A DNA stretch of 63,995 nucleotides, filler included, from Basidiobolus ranarum (lineage: Eukaryota): assembly GCA_040143965.1 (NCBI GenBank). It is 6 parts of 6 records of this genome, joined end to end, with 100 filler letters (N's around TTAATTAATTAA, not from the genome) between each part and the next. Parts side by side here need not be neighbours in the genome. Positions count along the whole stretch, not along the records: positions 1 to 10,655 come from JASJQH010007556.1; 5 more parts are not named here. One strand, written 5' to 3'. This document shows positions 1 to 10,755 of the stretch, piece after piece. Positions within the stretch are counted from its first letter, which is position 1; every line of letters starts with the position of its first letter. The notes under the pieces were generated by a model, which had not been told where the DNA came from, did no database searches, and saw only the letters and a program-made list of their open reading frames with translations. Both the position numbers and the translations under genes were made by a program.

Positions 1-227
1 TTGATACTGTTCGTAGAAGAATGATGATGACCTCTGTTGAAGCCGTCAAGTATACTTCATCTCTCCAATGCTTCAATGAGATTGTTAAGAAAGAAGGTAC
101 CAAGTCACTTTTCAAGGGTGCTGGTGCTAACATCCTTCGTGCCGTTGCAGGTGCTGGTGTTTTGGCTGGTTACGATAAACTTCAAGTACTCTTCCTTGGT
201 AAGGCCTATAAGGGTGGATCTGGTTAA
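1..227 (+). CDS. AAC: Mitochondrial ADP/ATP carrier, 3' end (5' part outside window)
   Basis: Frame reads [11 protein letters not shown] (RRRMMM carrier signature) then [22 protein letters not shown]; stop at 225-227. Confidence 0.96.
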   Translation, partial: DTVRRRMMMTSVEAVKYTSSLQCFNEIVKKEGTKSLFKGAGANILRAVAGAGVLAGYDKLQVLFLGKAYKGGSG

Positions 228-1761
228 GCTAACTATTACTATGACTACAAGACCAGTCTTTATCATCAGTAATTCTCGAACTTGGTGGATTTCTTTTATT
301 TGTGATTGCATCCTTTATGTAACTCTACATAAACCAATAAATATTTGTTCGATACTCCAAAGCACAATGTATGTTTATTCACCACTACAGTGGGCATGAC
401 ATTCTACCGAGATGGATTTTTTAGTTATGTTGCACAAGATGACTGTCTTGTGAGTATAAAGAAATCAACAATTGTAGGAAGCAGTCATACGCAGTCTGTC
501 TCTTGATCTCCTCTCGATTCCCCAACTATTGGGCCATAGTCGTGGTTGAAAAACTGATGATTGGTTAGAGTTGAACTTTAACGGTACTTTCCACAAATAA
601 GAGACAGCCAACAGCTAAGTGATATTCGCACCATAGCATGGGAACAGAAATTGTGTAGGTACCCTGAATCCAAGTGCAATCAGGATTTAAGCAATCTATG
701 AAGATTTCTGCGATGATTTCTACAAATGATCGTCTGGAAATGGATGAATTAAGAAAGGGCGGATTGTCAGAAAAGCCTCTATCATTGTTGATATCATCCG
801 CTAATACATAACATGTGTGCAATGCGTTAAATAACTTGATATCTTTACGTATGTAGGGTAGAGCAAGGTAATTGCAGGATATCCGGTAGAATTCTCTGTT
901 TTATCGGTTAATCGAATGCAGATTGAAGTTTTGTCAACTTTCGTATGTACCTTTAACTACATACTACCAACCTTGGAAGTTACTTGAGCTGAGATTATCC
1001 TTGATATTCCTGTTTCTATACTCCGCTTTCTCTTAAATTGTTTTCTACCCTTCCCTTACGAACCTACTATTCCCCCCTCTCTCAAATCAGTGAGAACAAG
1101 TGTCTTTTTAACTTGACACCCTCTTCTACCCTAAATATCTCCATTTCTCTCCCCCCTAAATACTTTCCAAAGAACACGCCACTCACAGTAGTTTTTTTGT
1201 AAAAGAATCCACAATAACGGTATATCTTCTCTCTTGTGTATTGCTGGTTTAAGTTATAATCCTTTTTGGGGGGAATACAACGAAGCAGAGAACTATCTAG
1301 TGGAAAAAGGGCTTGGAATGAAAAGGAACTGAAAAGGATTCCCTTACATTTCACTTACACCTTCTTTTTCAGACGCTTCTCTTCTTCACCTCATAACAAA
1401 GAAACCCAAATAATCTTTCTTACTAAAGAAACCATCCACAAATATAGCGGAGAGGCTCTAACTAGGATAAAATCGGATATATTTGGTAGGATTCAGTTCG
1501 CTCAATATTTGGTAGCTCTCATTAGGGATTTTTAAAATCCACCATCGGTTCATATCGACAAAAATGGAGAGTGACACGAAATCGGACATTCATCCTAGAA
1601 AAGTAGATATGAATTCACCACCACCCGCATATTCCGAAATAATTCATAAATATTCGGAAATAGATCTCGCCACTTTAAAATCACCAACTCTTTCCGAAAA
1701 GGAATACCCATTATTGGATAAGGTGGGGAAGGTTTTAATGATATTTCATTTGGAGCTTATT

Positions 1762-1806
1762 TAGAGTATATTCAGAGCATATTAGAGTATATTCAGAGCA
1801 TATTCA
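1762..1806. repeat. Short tandem duplication (21-nt unit x2)
   Basis: TAGAGTATATTCAGAGCATAT occurs twice in succession. Confidence 0.8.
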
Positions 1807-2146
1807 TGAACTTGGGAATTAATGTTACACTTGTTGCTTGCTCATTAGATGGTACATTTGGAGACTTTGTGCTCTTCAATGCATACTATGCTAGAGTTCC
1901 AGAATTCTACCTATTTTGACGTGAAGCATCAATTAAACGAGTATGGGTTGTTTCGTGTTTCCATGTACACTTGCTGTGGTTGACCTTCTTCTCTCTGCTC
2001 TAGAATTAACCGCTCGATACGGGACGACGAAAGTGGCCCGAGGGATTCACGTGTGAAGCAGCGCTTATCAATGGTGGTAAGAGTACATCTAGTATAGCTA
2101 GTGCACGTTCCAGATAATCTCATCTCTAACTAATACCAATTTGAAG

Positions 2147-2905
2147 TTAAGTGCGGGAACTGGTGCGGGTGCGGGTACAGGTGATGCGTATCCAGATGAT
2201 CAAGTTGGTTGCGAATCCACCCTTCTATCCGATACAGGCGAGTGCGATGACTTGGGCTACAACCGTGTGTGTAATATGTTGGAACATCTGTTGAGCGATG
2301 CAAAAATAGCCATTGAGAAAGTGGCAGATGAGGTAAATTATCGTGAAGAGTCAGATGAAGAGCTCGTATCCAGTGGCAGCCTTGTATCTCCAGTCAGAAG
2401 TCAATCCAACGCACATAGAAGAACCAACACCATCTCTGTTATCCGTCCACGTACAACCCAGCCAACGCCAGAGATGAGCGAGTTGAGAGTCTGGTGTCGA
2501 CTCCTTCGAAGTGGTTTCGAAAATCAACCTTATGAGATTCGCCGTAGATGGATTCTTCCAGATCTGAAATCAGAATCGAATCAACAACAAAACAATCCTG
2601 ACATCGACCTTGACGTTGCCCAACTGAAGAGTCAGTTGAAGAGTCCTCTCTTCGAATCCACTAACAACCAATCAGCGGTGTTCTCCATGATCTATTGGAC
2701 ACTTTGTTTCACTCTAGGTGTTTTGTTGTTGGACCGTTATCTGGTTGAATTGGCCAGTCGCCAAGTCACGCTAACAATGGAATCCTTATTGCCAGGCTCT
2801 CGGAACGACTTTAGCAATCCACCGGTTTCCGAGTTCGACGATGACGACATTAAGAAATATAATATACGAGATAAAGGAGTTCCCGTTAGGCGGAATTCCA
2901 TGTGA
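2147..2905 (+). CDS. Hypothetical protein with a C-terminal hydrophobic segment; probably a last exon
   Basis: About 250-codon open frame preceded by a CTAAC branch site and an AG acceptor at ~2146; TM-like stretch AVFSMIYWTLCFTLGVLLL. Upstream exon not resolved. Confidence 0.65.
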   Translation, partial: LSAGTGAGAGTGDAYPDDQVGCESTLLSDTGECDDLGYNRVCNMLEHLLSDAKIAIEKVADEVNYREESDEELVSSGSLVSPVRSQSNAHRRTNTISVIRPRTTQPTPEMSELRVWCRLLRSGFENQPYEIRRRWILPDLKSESNQQQNNPDIDLDVAQLKSQLKSPLFESTNNQSAVFSMIYWTLCFTLGVLLLDRYLVELASRQVTLTMESLLPGSRNDFSNPPVSEFDDDDIKKYNIRDKGVPVRRNSM

Positions 2906-3251
2906 CGTTCAGTAAAATATAGTAAATGATCCCCAGATAACTGCTAGTCTTAATTTTGTTAATTCCCATGTCGTGCTTTTTTTTTCTACCAATCACTTTA
3001 ATTCATAAAGTGCAGCAATCACAATGCCTCAATCAGTGAAATATACCCGGTCAGATTGCAGCTAACTCTAAGATTCCACGTGTAGCTTGAATGGTAAAGA
3101 TTGTTTTGTACAATGGATGAGTCACATCTAAGGGATTGACTGGGTGGGCGGGCAAGCAATAGATGGAATGAAGTTATGGAGGTTGTACATGTTCCAGTGG
3201 CAATGGTATCCGAAGGATGCATAGAGGTGGGTGTACAAAAGGATGCTGTGT

Positions 3252-3815
3252 TTAGTGTCTCCGTGAAGCTAGTAGAGAAGAAATGGAGATACGCGTGGGC
3301 CCGTTTCTGCCCTCACTAGTGTTTCTATCCCGATTCAAATTAGATGAGATTGGCTTGATCCATGTCCTAGGAACATAGTATGGATGCGTCCTAAGGATCG
3401 TACGTGCTATTCTGACATCGCAAACTTGTGGTGTAAAATCATTCGAGGTGATGATGTGATTTGGATTACGAGGAGTAACCAGAAACCAGTAGAGCGACTC
3501 TCTGCGAGCCTCATCCCAATCTGAAGTTGCGGTATAAAATAAATACTGTCGGGCAGCGTCGCTCCAATCTTTACTAATGAGAAGCATGGCGTTCCCAATT
3601 TGTTGTATAGTGTATGCTTGAGTAACTAATTGACTGAATCTAGCTCCGATGTTGATCACGTTCTGCTCGCTGGTTACCCAGTTGGTGAAGTTCACTTTGT
3701 AGCGTGCGTCCATTTCTTGTAGACTTTGTATCATCTCAGCACCCGATAAAATTCGGTCAGTCGTCGAGGAATGAGTTGTGTGGTTGAGCTTCTGTGAGTT
3801 GTATTTGGATTTCAT
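3252..3815 (-). CDS. Hypothetical 187-aa intronless protein
   Basis: ATG-initiated ORF with a TATAAA-like site upstream (~3884-3889, minus strand); Trp-spaced helical core and C-terminal RISISSLL. No family recognised. Confidence 0.65.
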   Translation of the reverse strand: MKSKYNSQKLNHTTHSSTTDRILSGAEMIQSLQEMDARYKVNFTNWVTSEQNVINIGARFSQLVTQAYTIQQIGNAMLLISKDWSDAARQYLFYTATSDWDEARRESLYWFLVTPRNPNHIITSNDFTPQVCDVRIARTILRTHPYYVPRTWIKPISSNLNRDRNTSEGRNGPTRISISSLLASRRH

Positions 3816-5072
3816 GGTTGGTTTGAAGTACTGATCGTTAAACTTACGGCGCAGATTGAACTTTTTTGGGTAGGATTAGTGCCTTTATACGAGTTCACCC
3901 TTGACATTATCTGGAAGGTGAAGGGGGCTTCGATTTGCATCTCAAATGCGATTATATAGTTCCGATTATGCTGTAATGCTTATTGGTTAAACGTGACAAC
4001 CGTAGGTCAACTGTCTCGGGCAACAGTTGGATGAGCCCAGAAAAGGCAACGTCACTTAAGAGACAGTCTATGCAAATATTTAATTCGCAAGACATTCACA
4101 AATCATAGCTAATCCATACTCCCTTGGTGCGTCTTGACTAACCTCACAAACCTAGTTATTCACTTAATCAAATAGGCTAGTGGCCGTACCAAAGTATAAA
4201 CTTTGAATCAATCGAACGGCACTGGTGCTTGGCGAAATCCCGCAGTGAGCTAGTCAATGGCATAAAGTGAAAGAGCACTGAACGGAATATTATACGTTAC
4301 TCGAATAATGTTACCATATACAATGTCACCATATATGATGCTTATTCTTACGCTTTCTATTTGTTGAGGGAAGCCTTTTTGTGAAGTATGTTATTTGGCG
4401 CTGATTGATCTCAAACCCTGCCAATTCCGGAATGATGTGTGTCTGAAAAGTATGCTTATTTTTAGCAGTACATGAATGTGTGTTGATAGTGTTTAGCAAG
4501 CTAGGGTGTGTATGCGGTATGTATGCAAGATACTGAGTGCGTATGTACTGGATACGCCGATAGAGATACACCGATACGGAAACACCGTCCCTGACCTTCT
4601 GATCTCCAAATCTATAACAACAATCAACAAAAGCCCTAATCCGTATGGTGGCACTAACAATCATGATCAACCAAGATGGCATCAATTGCGAAAATTACAA
4701 CAGCATCAGTGCTCTTATAGAAAGCAATACCTAATGAAGTATTGTTGTACCAAGTGTGGAAAGGCTAGTGTACAATTAGAAACGTTTAAGTCTATGGACA
4801 GCACAGTTCCGGATATAAACCAGACTATTGCCGACAATATCACACTCCAATGACCACCATCAAGCAAACGTTGTGATATCTGTGTACTCCAGCTGTACAA
4901 CTTTCCAGTCGAAATCTCTTCTTTCTTCCCCAATTGTTGTTTTCAACTGCCTATATAGATTAGATCGGCACTGGTATATGAATACCTTCGCGTTCACTTT
5001 CAACTTATTTATTCTTGTAAATACCTCTTGAACCAAGTTGCTGCTTATTCCCTCTCCCCTTCAGTAAATTAA

Positions 5073-6025
5073 ATGAGTGCGGCAGGTTTAACGTCAGACA
5101 TTATCTTTCAGAGCAACATGAACGTTGCGATTGCCGCTATGGCCATTCCAATCGGCATAAGTAACACCGTGGCAAGTATCAAAATGCTGAGGCAGGATGG
5201 AGCATTCATATTCAAGCTGAACCTTGCCCAATCCCTCATCATGTTGTTAAGTAAAGGGTTCCAAGCAATCTCAATCTTAATGAACAATCAGAACTGTGGC
5301 TTCATCATTCTATTGGCACCCATAACCCATTATTGGTCAACCATGTTCATCGAAGTCATCTTAATTACCAAAGCTTATTATGCAAACATGCGCTCAAAAC
5401 CCATAGCAGCATGTGGGATTTTAATCGAACTCTCCCGGTTTACTGTTCACATCCTTATATTGCGCACTATTAAGCCTGTTGGAACCTCACTTGGCTCTTG
5501 TTTTTCTATGGGCACCGACCTACTGTTCATGCTTTTGGTTGGTGCTGAAGGCTGTCTGGTTGTCTTTCTGAGTGCTGCGTTTATTCTTAGCCTAACGAGA
5601 GTGTCAAAAATTCATTCTGGAGCCGTGTATGAGTCACTGATCAAAGATGGGATTATTTATGTATTCTCCATTTGCATCACTCTTACAGTAATCATCCTTT
5701 TGATTGTGACCCAAGTCTCACCTCCTATCAACGGATACTTCTTGGATTTAGGATGTAAGTGCTGAATGGTGCCTCCATCCAAAACGATATCTCATTAATA
5801 TTTGCATTCAATAATTTAGGGGCTATAAGTTCCAAGTTGATGACTGAACAACTAGTCAATACTCACACTCGTCGTAAGGAAAGGTCACAAACATTAAGTC
5901 CAAATGGTACACATCAACTATATGACGAACCAAGTGGAAAATCTTACGCACGTTCATTCCAAACACTCACAAACGACCGAACCAACGACACTATATGTCT
6001 TGACACCATAAGTGCTGAACGGTAA
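5073..6025 (+). CDS. Multi-pass (about 7 TM) GPCR-like membrane protein
   Basis: Six to seven hydrophobic segments; intron GTAAGT(~5755)...TTAG(~5819) joins a second exon (AISSKLMTEQL...) with a polar tail. Confidence 0.7.
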
Positions 6026-6600
6026 GCAAACTTACGAGTAAACTGACAATAGAGCCCAAGTCTACATGTAAACTGAAAATAGACCCACATAGAGATTCGA
6101 ACTTATTTTTGCACTCCTCCCCGCTCCTCCCCCGTTAATTTGTGTTTATGTGCATCAGAAATCTATGATGTCAGTATTAATAACCGTACTAGTACTAAAG
6201 CCAATAAAGGACACTGTTGTTGAAGTTACACATGAGAATTTCTTGTGGTTACCACCGAAGCCACATTGTTACACCCATCTCTTGAATAGATTACAATTGG
6301 CGCCTGAGTAACAACACAACGAAGTAAGTTGCTTATCATAGACAATTCCATCTGATATTGTTGACAAAATATTCAAGCAATCTAGGTCAAACGACATGGG
6401 GCAAATAATCAATATACCTTACGTAAATTGTCCGATTACATTAAATACCTCCATGAAAACAAATAACACAATCATCTGCTGCATTGGGAATATTTACCAG
6501 CCAAATATAATAGAAGATGGTTGCATTCCCAGGCTTGCCCGGTTTACCCATCGAATAAATATTCCCCCTTCAAAAAGATCGAACTCAAAATATTCAATTG

Positions 6601-7113
6601 ATGCTTTCAAAATCCCTATTTTCTCTCTTTTCTCTGATCCTATTACAATATGGTAATGCTGAAGTGATCACACCCGGGACTGGAGTACTCTGGAAGGCTG
6701 GTGAAAATGTTACTGTGTCTTGGAAAAATCTTCAAGAGAGCTATGTAGATGTACGTTTAGTCCATGGTGATGCTACTAATCTTCAATTGGCTTTACCAAA
6801 TGCAACTTGTTCGAATCAACCTGGCCCAGAGGGAAGTTGCTACTTTATCCTTCCTTCTCGGATCCCATCTGGTCGAAACTACGCCGTTACCGTCGGGAAG
6901 TTACCAGAAAAATACGTCTATAGCTCTTATTTTACTATCCAAGGAAATGAAACTTTACCTGAGAGTGAAGGCTGTCCCAATTTCGGTGGTTACAAGTGTC
7001 CTAAAGATATGCCTTGTTGCTCCAGTGGTGGATACTGTGGTGCCACTCAGGAATATTGTGGAGTTGGTTGCGTTGCAAAGTTTTCCTTTAATAATCAGTG
7101 TTTATCATACTAA
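6601..7113 (+). CDS. Secreted protein: Kre9/KNH-like N-terminal beta-sandwich plus CBM18 (hevein) chitin-binding domain
   Basis: Signal peptide MLSKSLFSLFSLILLQYGNA; ITPGTGVLWKAGENVTVSW...YSSYFTI pattern; C-terminal CPKDMPCCSSGGYCGATQEYCGVGC. Confidence 0.85.
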   Translation: MLSKSLFSLFSLILLQYGNAEVITPGTGVLWKAGENVTVSWKNLQESYVDVRLVHGDATNLQLALPNATCSNQPGPEGSCYFILPSRIPSGRNYAVTVGKLPEKYVYSSYFTIQGNETLPESEGCPNFGGYKCPKDMPCCSSGGYCGATQEYCGVGCVAKFSFNNQCLSY

Positions 7114-7744
7114 GTAAGCAATCCATATCAATATGTAGAAGAGAGCATGACTGATAATATATATATACATGAATCCCCGAATAATCATCGTAAATAAGCA
7201 AAACTAATCATTTGAATAGCATGGTTATTGGAGAAATAGAGGAATGCCAACATCATTCGTATCGTTTTTGCAGCCCATTGTTTCGATAATAAAATGGAGC
7301 CCTATTTACCCTAACCCCAAGTGATTTAACTTAAGATATCAGTTATGTCTGCGAAAAATGTTTTCAAAAAGTATGGATGGAAATGGCTCCACTCCACAGT
7401 TATAACATTGTCCTAAATGTCATCTTCCACATAGTAAAGTTTCCCTCATCTATTAGTTGTGAATTCGAACCATAACTATCATTGCTAATTGATTTTGTAA
7501 ACATTCAACCAGTATCAGAAATTACTGTGGACTCCTAACCTTACAGCACACTAAAGTACCAGGTAGATGGATGAAAATAACTAACCCTAATATAAGCTTA
7601 GCCAAAAGTTGACTCCACCGAACTTCGCAAGTATTGTTTAAGTAATTTGATGTTGATGATGGAACTATTTGTAACGAGTTAATTTTTCCGGTGACCAAGG
7701 TCGGAAGAATTAGTCTAAAATTAGACTGACTAAATTAAACTGAT

Positions 7745-8339
7745 GAGTATGGATGACTGCCGGTCGTGGTATTGTGCACGCGGAGATGCCACTAACTAAG
7801 TGTCGAGGCCTTCAGCTACGGGTCAACTTGAGTGCTACTGATAAAATATGTGAGCCACGTTATCAAGAGCTTCTAGATAAGGAAATTCCGAGGATATCAC
7901 CACCGGGAGTCAACACAGTGATCAAAGGGATTCTTTTGGAGTCAGCAGTCCTTTAGTAACCAAGACTCCTACTATGTATCTCGATTTTAAGGTTGAGAAG
8001 AACCGTAAATTTGAGCAAGTTATTCCAGAGAGCTACCAAGGCTTCCTATACATACTGGAAGGTGAGGGTTACTTTGGTTCAAAAAAGACACTGGGGAAAG
8101 CACACTATACCCTGACACTCAGTGAAGAAGGAGACACAGTCGGCATAGAGACGAAGGAGAAGGCGGATCATTTTGTACTCATAGCTGGTGAACCAATCAA
8201 AGAGCCGATTGTTCAACATGGTACGTTTGTCATGAACCATGCAAGTGATATTCAACGTACATTTACTGATTATCATATGAGAATCAATGGCTTCGAGAGA
8301 GCCCATACAGAGCATTCAAAGATTGGTAATCGCCATTAA
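7745..8339 (+). pseudogene. Pirin pseudogene (5'-truncated, frameshifted)
   Basis: WMTAGRGIVHAEMP, GLQLRVNL and FVLIAGEPIKEPIVQHGTFVMN are pirin motifs. Frameshift near 7930, N-terminal half absent, conserved W and P residues substituted. Confidence 0.88.
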
Positions 8340-8569
8340 ATAGATTCTATGATCACAGTATTGCTTTGTACTGTCACTTATTTTAAATTAACCTCACTCA
8401 TCATCTATTCTCACTCGTATCTGTGGCTAATTCTGGAGTATGGCAATAGCACCATTCTTGTTAATAAATCTTGAAATAGCTCGTTTTAAAGAACATGATA
8501 GATTATCCTACCTAACCCTAAAGTGGCTCAGTGTCATGTTTCATGTTCCATGTAGCAGCAATAGCTGAG

Positions 8570-8827
8570 TTAGATATCACTCACTATTCTCAAGAGGAAT
8601 TTACTTAGAGGTTTGAAGATATATAGATTTTGATAACTTGTCCTAGAAACTCCAAACTTTGCACACATATTCCTGGAACCTTCCTTAACACATTCTATAA
8701 TTTTTTTTGTTTACATCTTGACAAAACTATAAATGTCAACTGAATACTCAATATATCAATAAGTGAAAACCACCAATTCTTCTCGTTCGAAAAACCACTT
8801 CCAACGAACTCTCAAAATACTTCAACA
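8570..8827 (+). mobile_element. Truncated copy of the solo-LTR family
   Basis: Matches 35478-35788 and 62632-63023 (AAACTTTGCACA, GACAAAACTATAAATG, CACCAATT); ends CTTCAACA. Confidence 0.85.
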
Positions 8828-9189
8828 TTCGCAAGCATAATTGCTGCCCATATGGCAGCTTCAGGAGCAATAGATTGGTGGGCTTCAACAAAATCTTGCA
8901 TATCTTCAATCCTTGTTTATGTAGCTACAGTGATGATGAAGCCAGTGCGTACAATACTGGTAATGTTTCTATTAACACCAAGAGATATGGCTCCAACCCG
9001 CGAAAATGAATTAGCATTTCCATACTAGCCTGGTACCAAATACTGAATTCAAAATGAGAATGATTAATTCAAGTATGGTTGTTTTCAAATACAACTACAT
9101 CAAAATATATCTCTAAATACTAATCGATCAGCTACTAAAAGTACAGAAAATATTTTAGATTTCAGTGATTTTTGTTTATCTACTTAGAT

Positions 9190-9515
9190 GCTCTCCCTAT
9201 TGATATATTCAATATACTCTTATCTTTAGCATACGCTACTTTGTCAATACTTTCAGCATCATCTAGCATGTTAGCATAATAGCATGGAGATAGATATTCA
9301 CTGTGATGGCTCCAAGGAAATCTTCGTGAGATCTCATCCGAATGACTCTCCCTATGACTTGTCTAATTTGGCCATAATCCCAAAATGGAGTTAGGATATG
9401 TACGTGTTGGACATTACGTAAAGTGATAGACTCACCAACAACACTACTTCCCATTAATAAAGCAATATGATTATCATTTCTATTTTTGATATAATTAAAA
9501 TTCTCTACGTTCGAT
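9190..9515 (-). pseudogene. Decayed SF2 helicase C-terminal fragment of the poxvirus D6/D11 (NPH-I) / yeast linear-plasmid type
   Basis: Reads ENFNYIKNRNDNHIALLMGSSVVGESITLRNVQHVHILTPFWDYGQIRQVIGRVIRMRSHEDF...IYLHA, then a frameshifted continuation ESIDKVAYAKDKSI; bounded by stops; very AT-rich context. Confidence 0.8.
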
Positions 9516-9743
9516 CAGGTTTCATATTTATTGATCTACATTAGGAATTTCAATAATTACTGTGGATCATTTGACTGTTGAAAATTGGTTTAAAATCTAG
9601 TACTAACTACATAAACTACCATATTGTATATTAAATATTTTAGTTCTTCTCGTAACCGATCCATATTCATATTTTGATAAATAGTTATAAATAGGCTCAT
9701 AAATTTTAATTCAATTGTAATTGGAGTTTAGTACATGTTGTAT

Positions 9744-10655
9744 TTAGCAAGCGCCAATATCATTCCAGACAGACTGACTGTTACTTCCTGGGGTATCATT
9801 TTGAGTCCACCATTTGGCTTGCCACAAATGTCCCTTGTAGGTAACCTTCTGGGCGCTGTTGTAAGCAGTGGCAGGAACCCATTCGGCAACTCCGTTGCAA
9901 ATACCGGGAACTGAAGTAGGAGTCACGGAAGCAGTACTGGTAGATCCAGTGGCAACGGTGGAAGAAGTCTTGCTAGTTACAGAGGAAGTAGCCTGGGCAG
10001 TGGAGGTGGTTACAGGAGGGATGGATGGTGAAGGGCATCCAGATCCGGTGCAGCGAACACCCTGTAGCACGTTGAGTAACTCATCGTTGGAGTCATGGCT
10101 CATATCCCAGTACATTACACCACGAAGTCCTGCTTGCTTGGTGTAGTCAACCTTGATCTTGAGTGATTGAGGATCATCATAGGAAATGAAACGCTTATCA
10201 CTGGCACGGAACAACCATGGGGTTTGGGTGGTGTTATCCCAGTAACGACTCCAGCCGCTGGCAGGAGTGTTGGGTCCTGATTGAAGAATATCACTACGAA
10301 TGGACTTCCACTTCCAAATACCAGAGTAGAATGTTCCTTCGTTGCAGAAGAAGTTAGGCTCATTAGCATCATTTGAGTCGCCCTTGGGGGTAACACTGTC
10401 CTTGGCGGCATACATATTACCGGGATTAGCATTCATATCCACGGTGGCAGTAAGAGAACGGCCATAGAATGGTAAGCCCATGACCAGTTTGTTGGCAGGC
10501 CACTTGGCACCGAGCCAGTCGTTGATGGATTGACGGAAGGAGTAAGCCTCTCCACCTTTGGCAGCATCATAGTCGAATGGAGCATTAGGGCCAGTGGTGG
10601 CAGACCAGGAGCCCATGATGTCATAAGCCATGACATTGATGAAGTCAAAGTACTG
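9744..10655 (-). CDS. GH18 chitinase with Ser/Thr linker and C-terminal CBM5/12 (ChtBD3); 5' end cut by contig end
   Basis: FDFINVMAYD, KLVMGLPFYGR, ISYDDPQS...GLRGVMYW; C-terminal VTYKGHLWQAKWWTQ. Confidence 0.95.
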   Translation of the reverse strand, partial: QYFDFINVMAYDIMGSWSATTGPNAPFDYDAAKGGEAYSFRQSINDWLGAKWPANKLVMGLPFYGRSLTATVDMNANPGNMYAAKDSVTPKGDSNDANEPNFFCNEGTFYSGIWKWKSIRSDILQSGPNTPASGWSRYWDNTTQTPWLFRASDKRFISYDDPQSLKIKVDYTKQAGLRGVMYWDMSHDSNDELLNVLQGVRCTGSGCPSPSIPPVTTSTAQATSSVTSKTSSTVATGSTSTASVTPTSVPGICNGVAEWVPATAYNSAQKVTYKGHLWQAKWWTQNDTPGSNSQSVWNDIGAC

Positions 10656-10755
10656 NNNNNNNNNNNNNNNNNNNNNNNNNNNNNNNNNNNNNNNNNNNNT
10701 TAATTAATTAANNNNNNNNNNNNNNNNNNNNNNNNNNNNNNNNNNNNNNNNNNNN
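10656..10755. other. Artificial contig linker
   Basis: 44 N + TTAATTAATTAA (stops in all six frames) + 44 N. Confidence 0.98.

Noticed and set aside
4326-4933. Minus-strand hydrophobic fragments (VPPYGLGLLLIVVI) suggestive of an MFS relic
   Set aside because: Too short and stop-interrupted to support a call.
6090-6110. Minus-strand GTTCGAATC resembling a tRNA T-loop/B-box
   Set aside because: No cloverleaf stems can be formed around it.
9190-10655. Chitinase next to a VLE-like helicase as a captured killer-toxin (zymocin-like) locus
   Set aside because: The chitinase is GC-richer with host-like codon use and a CBM5/12 tail, unlike AT-rich plasmid toxin subunits; the adjacency is probably just the insertion site.
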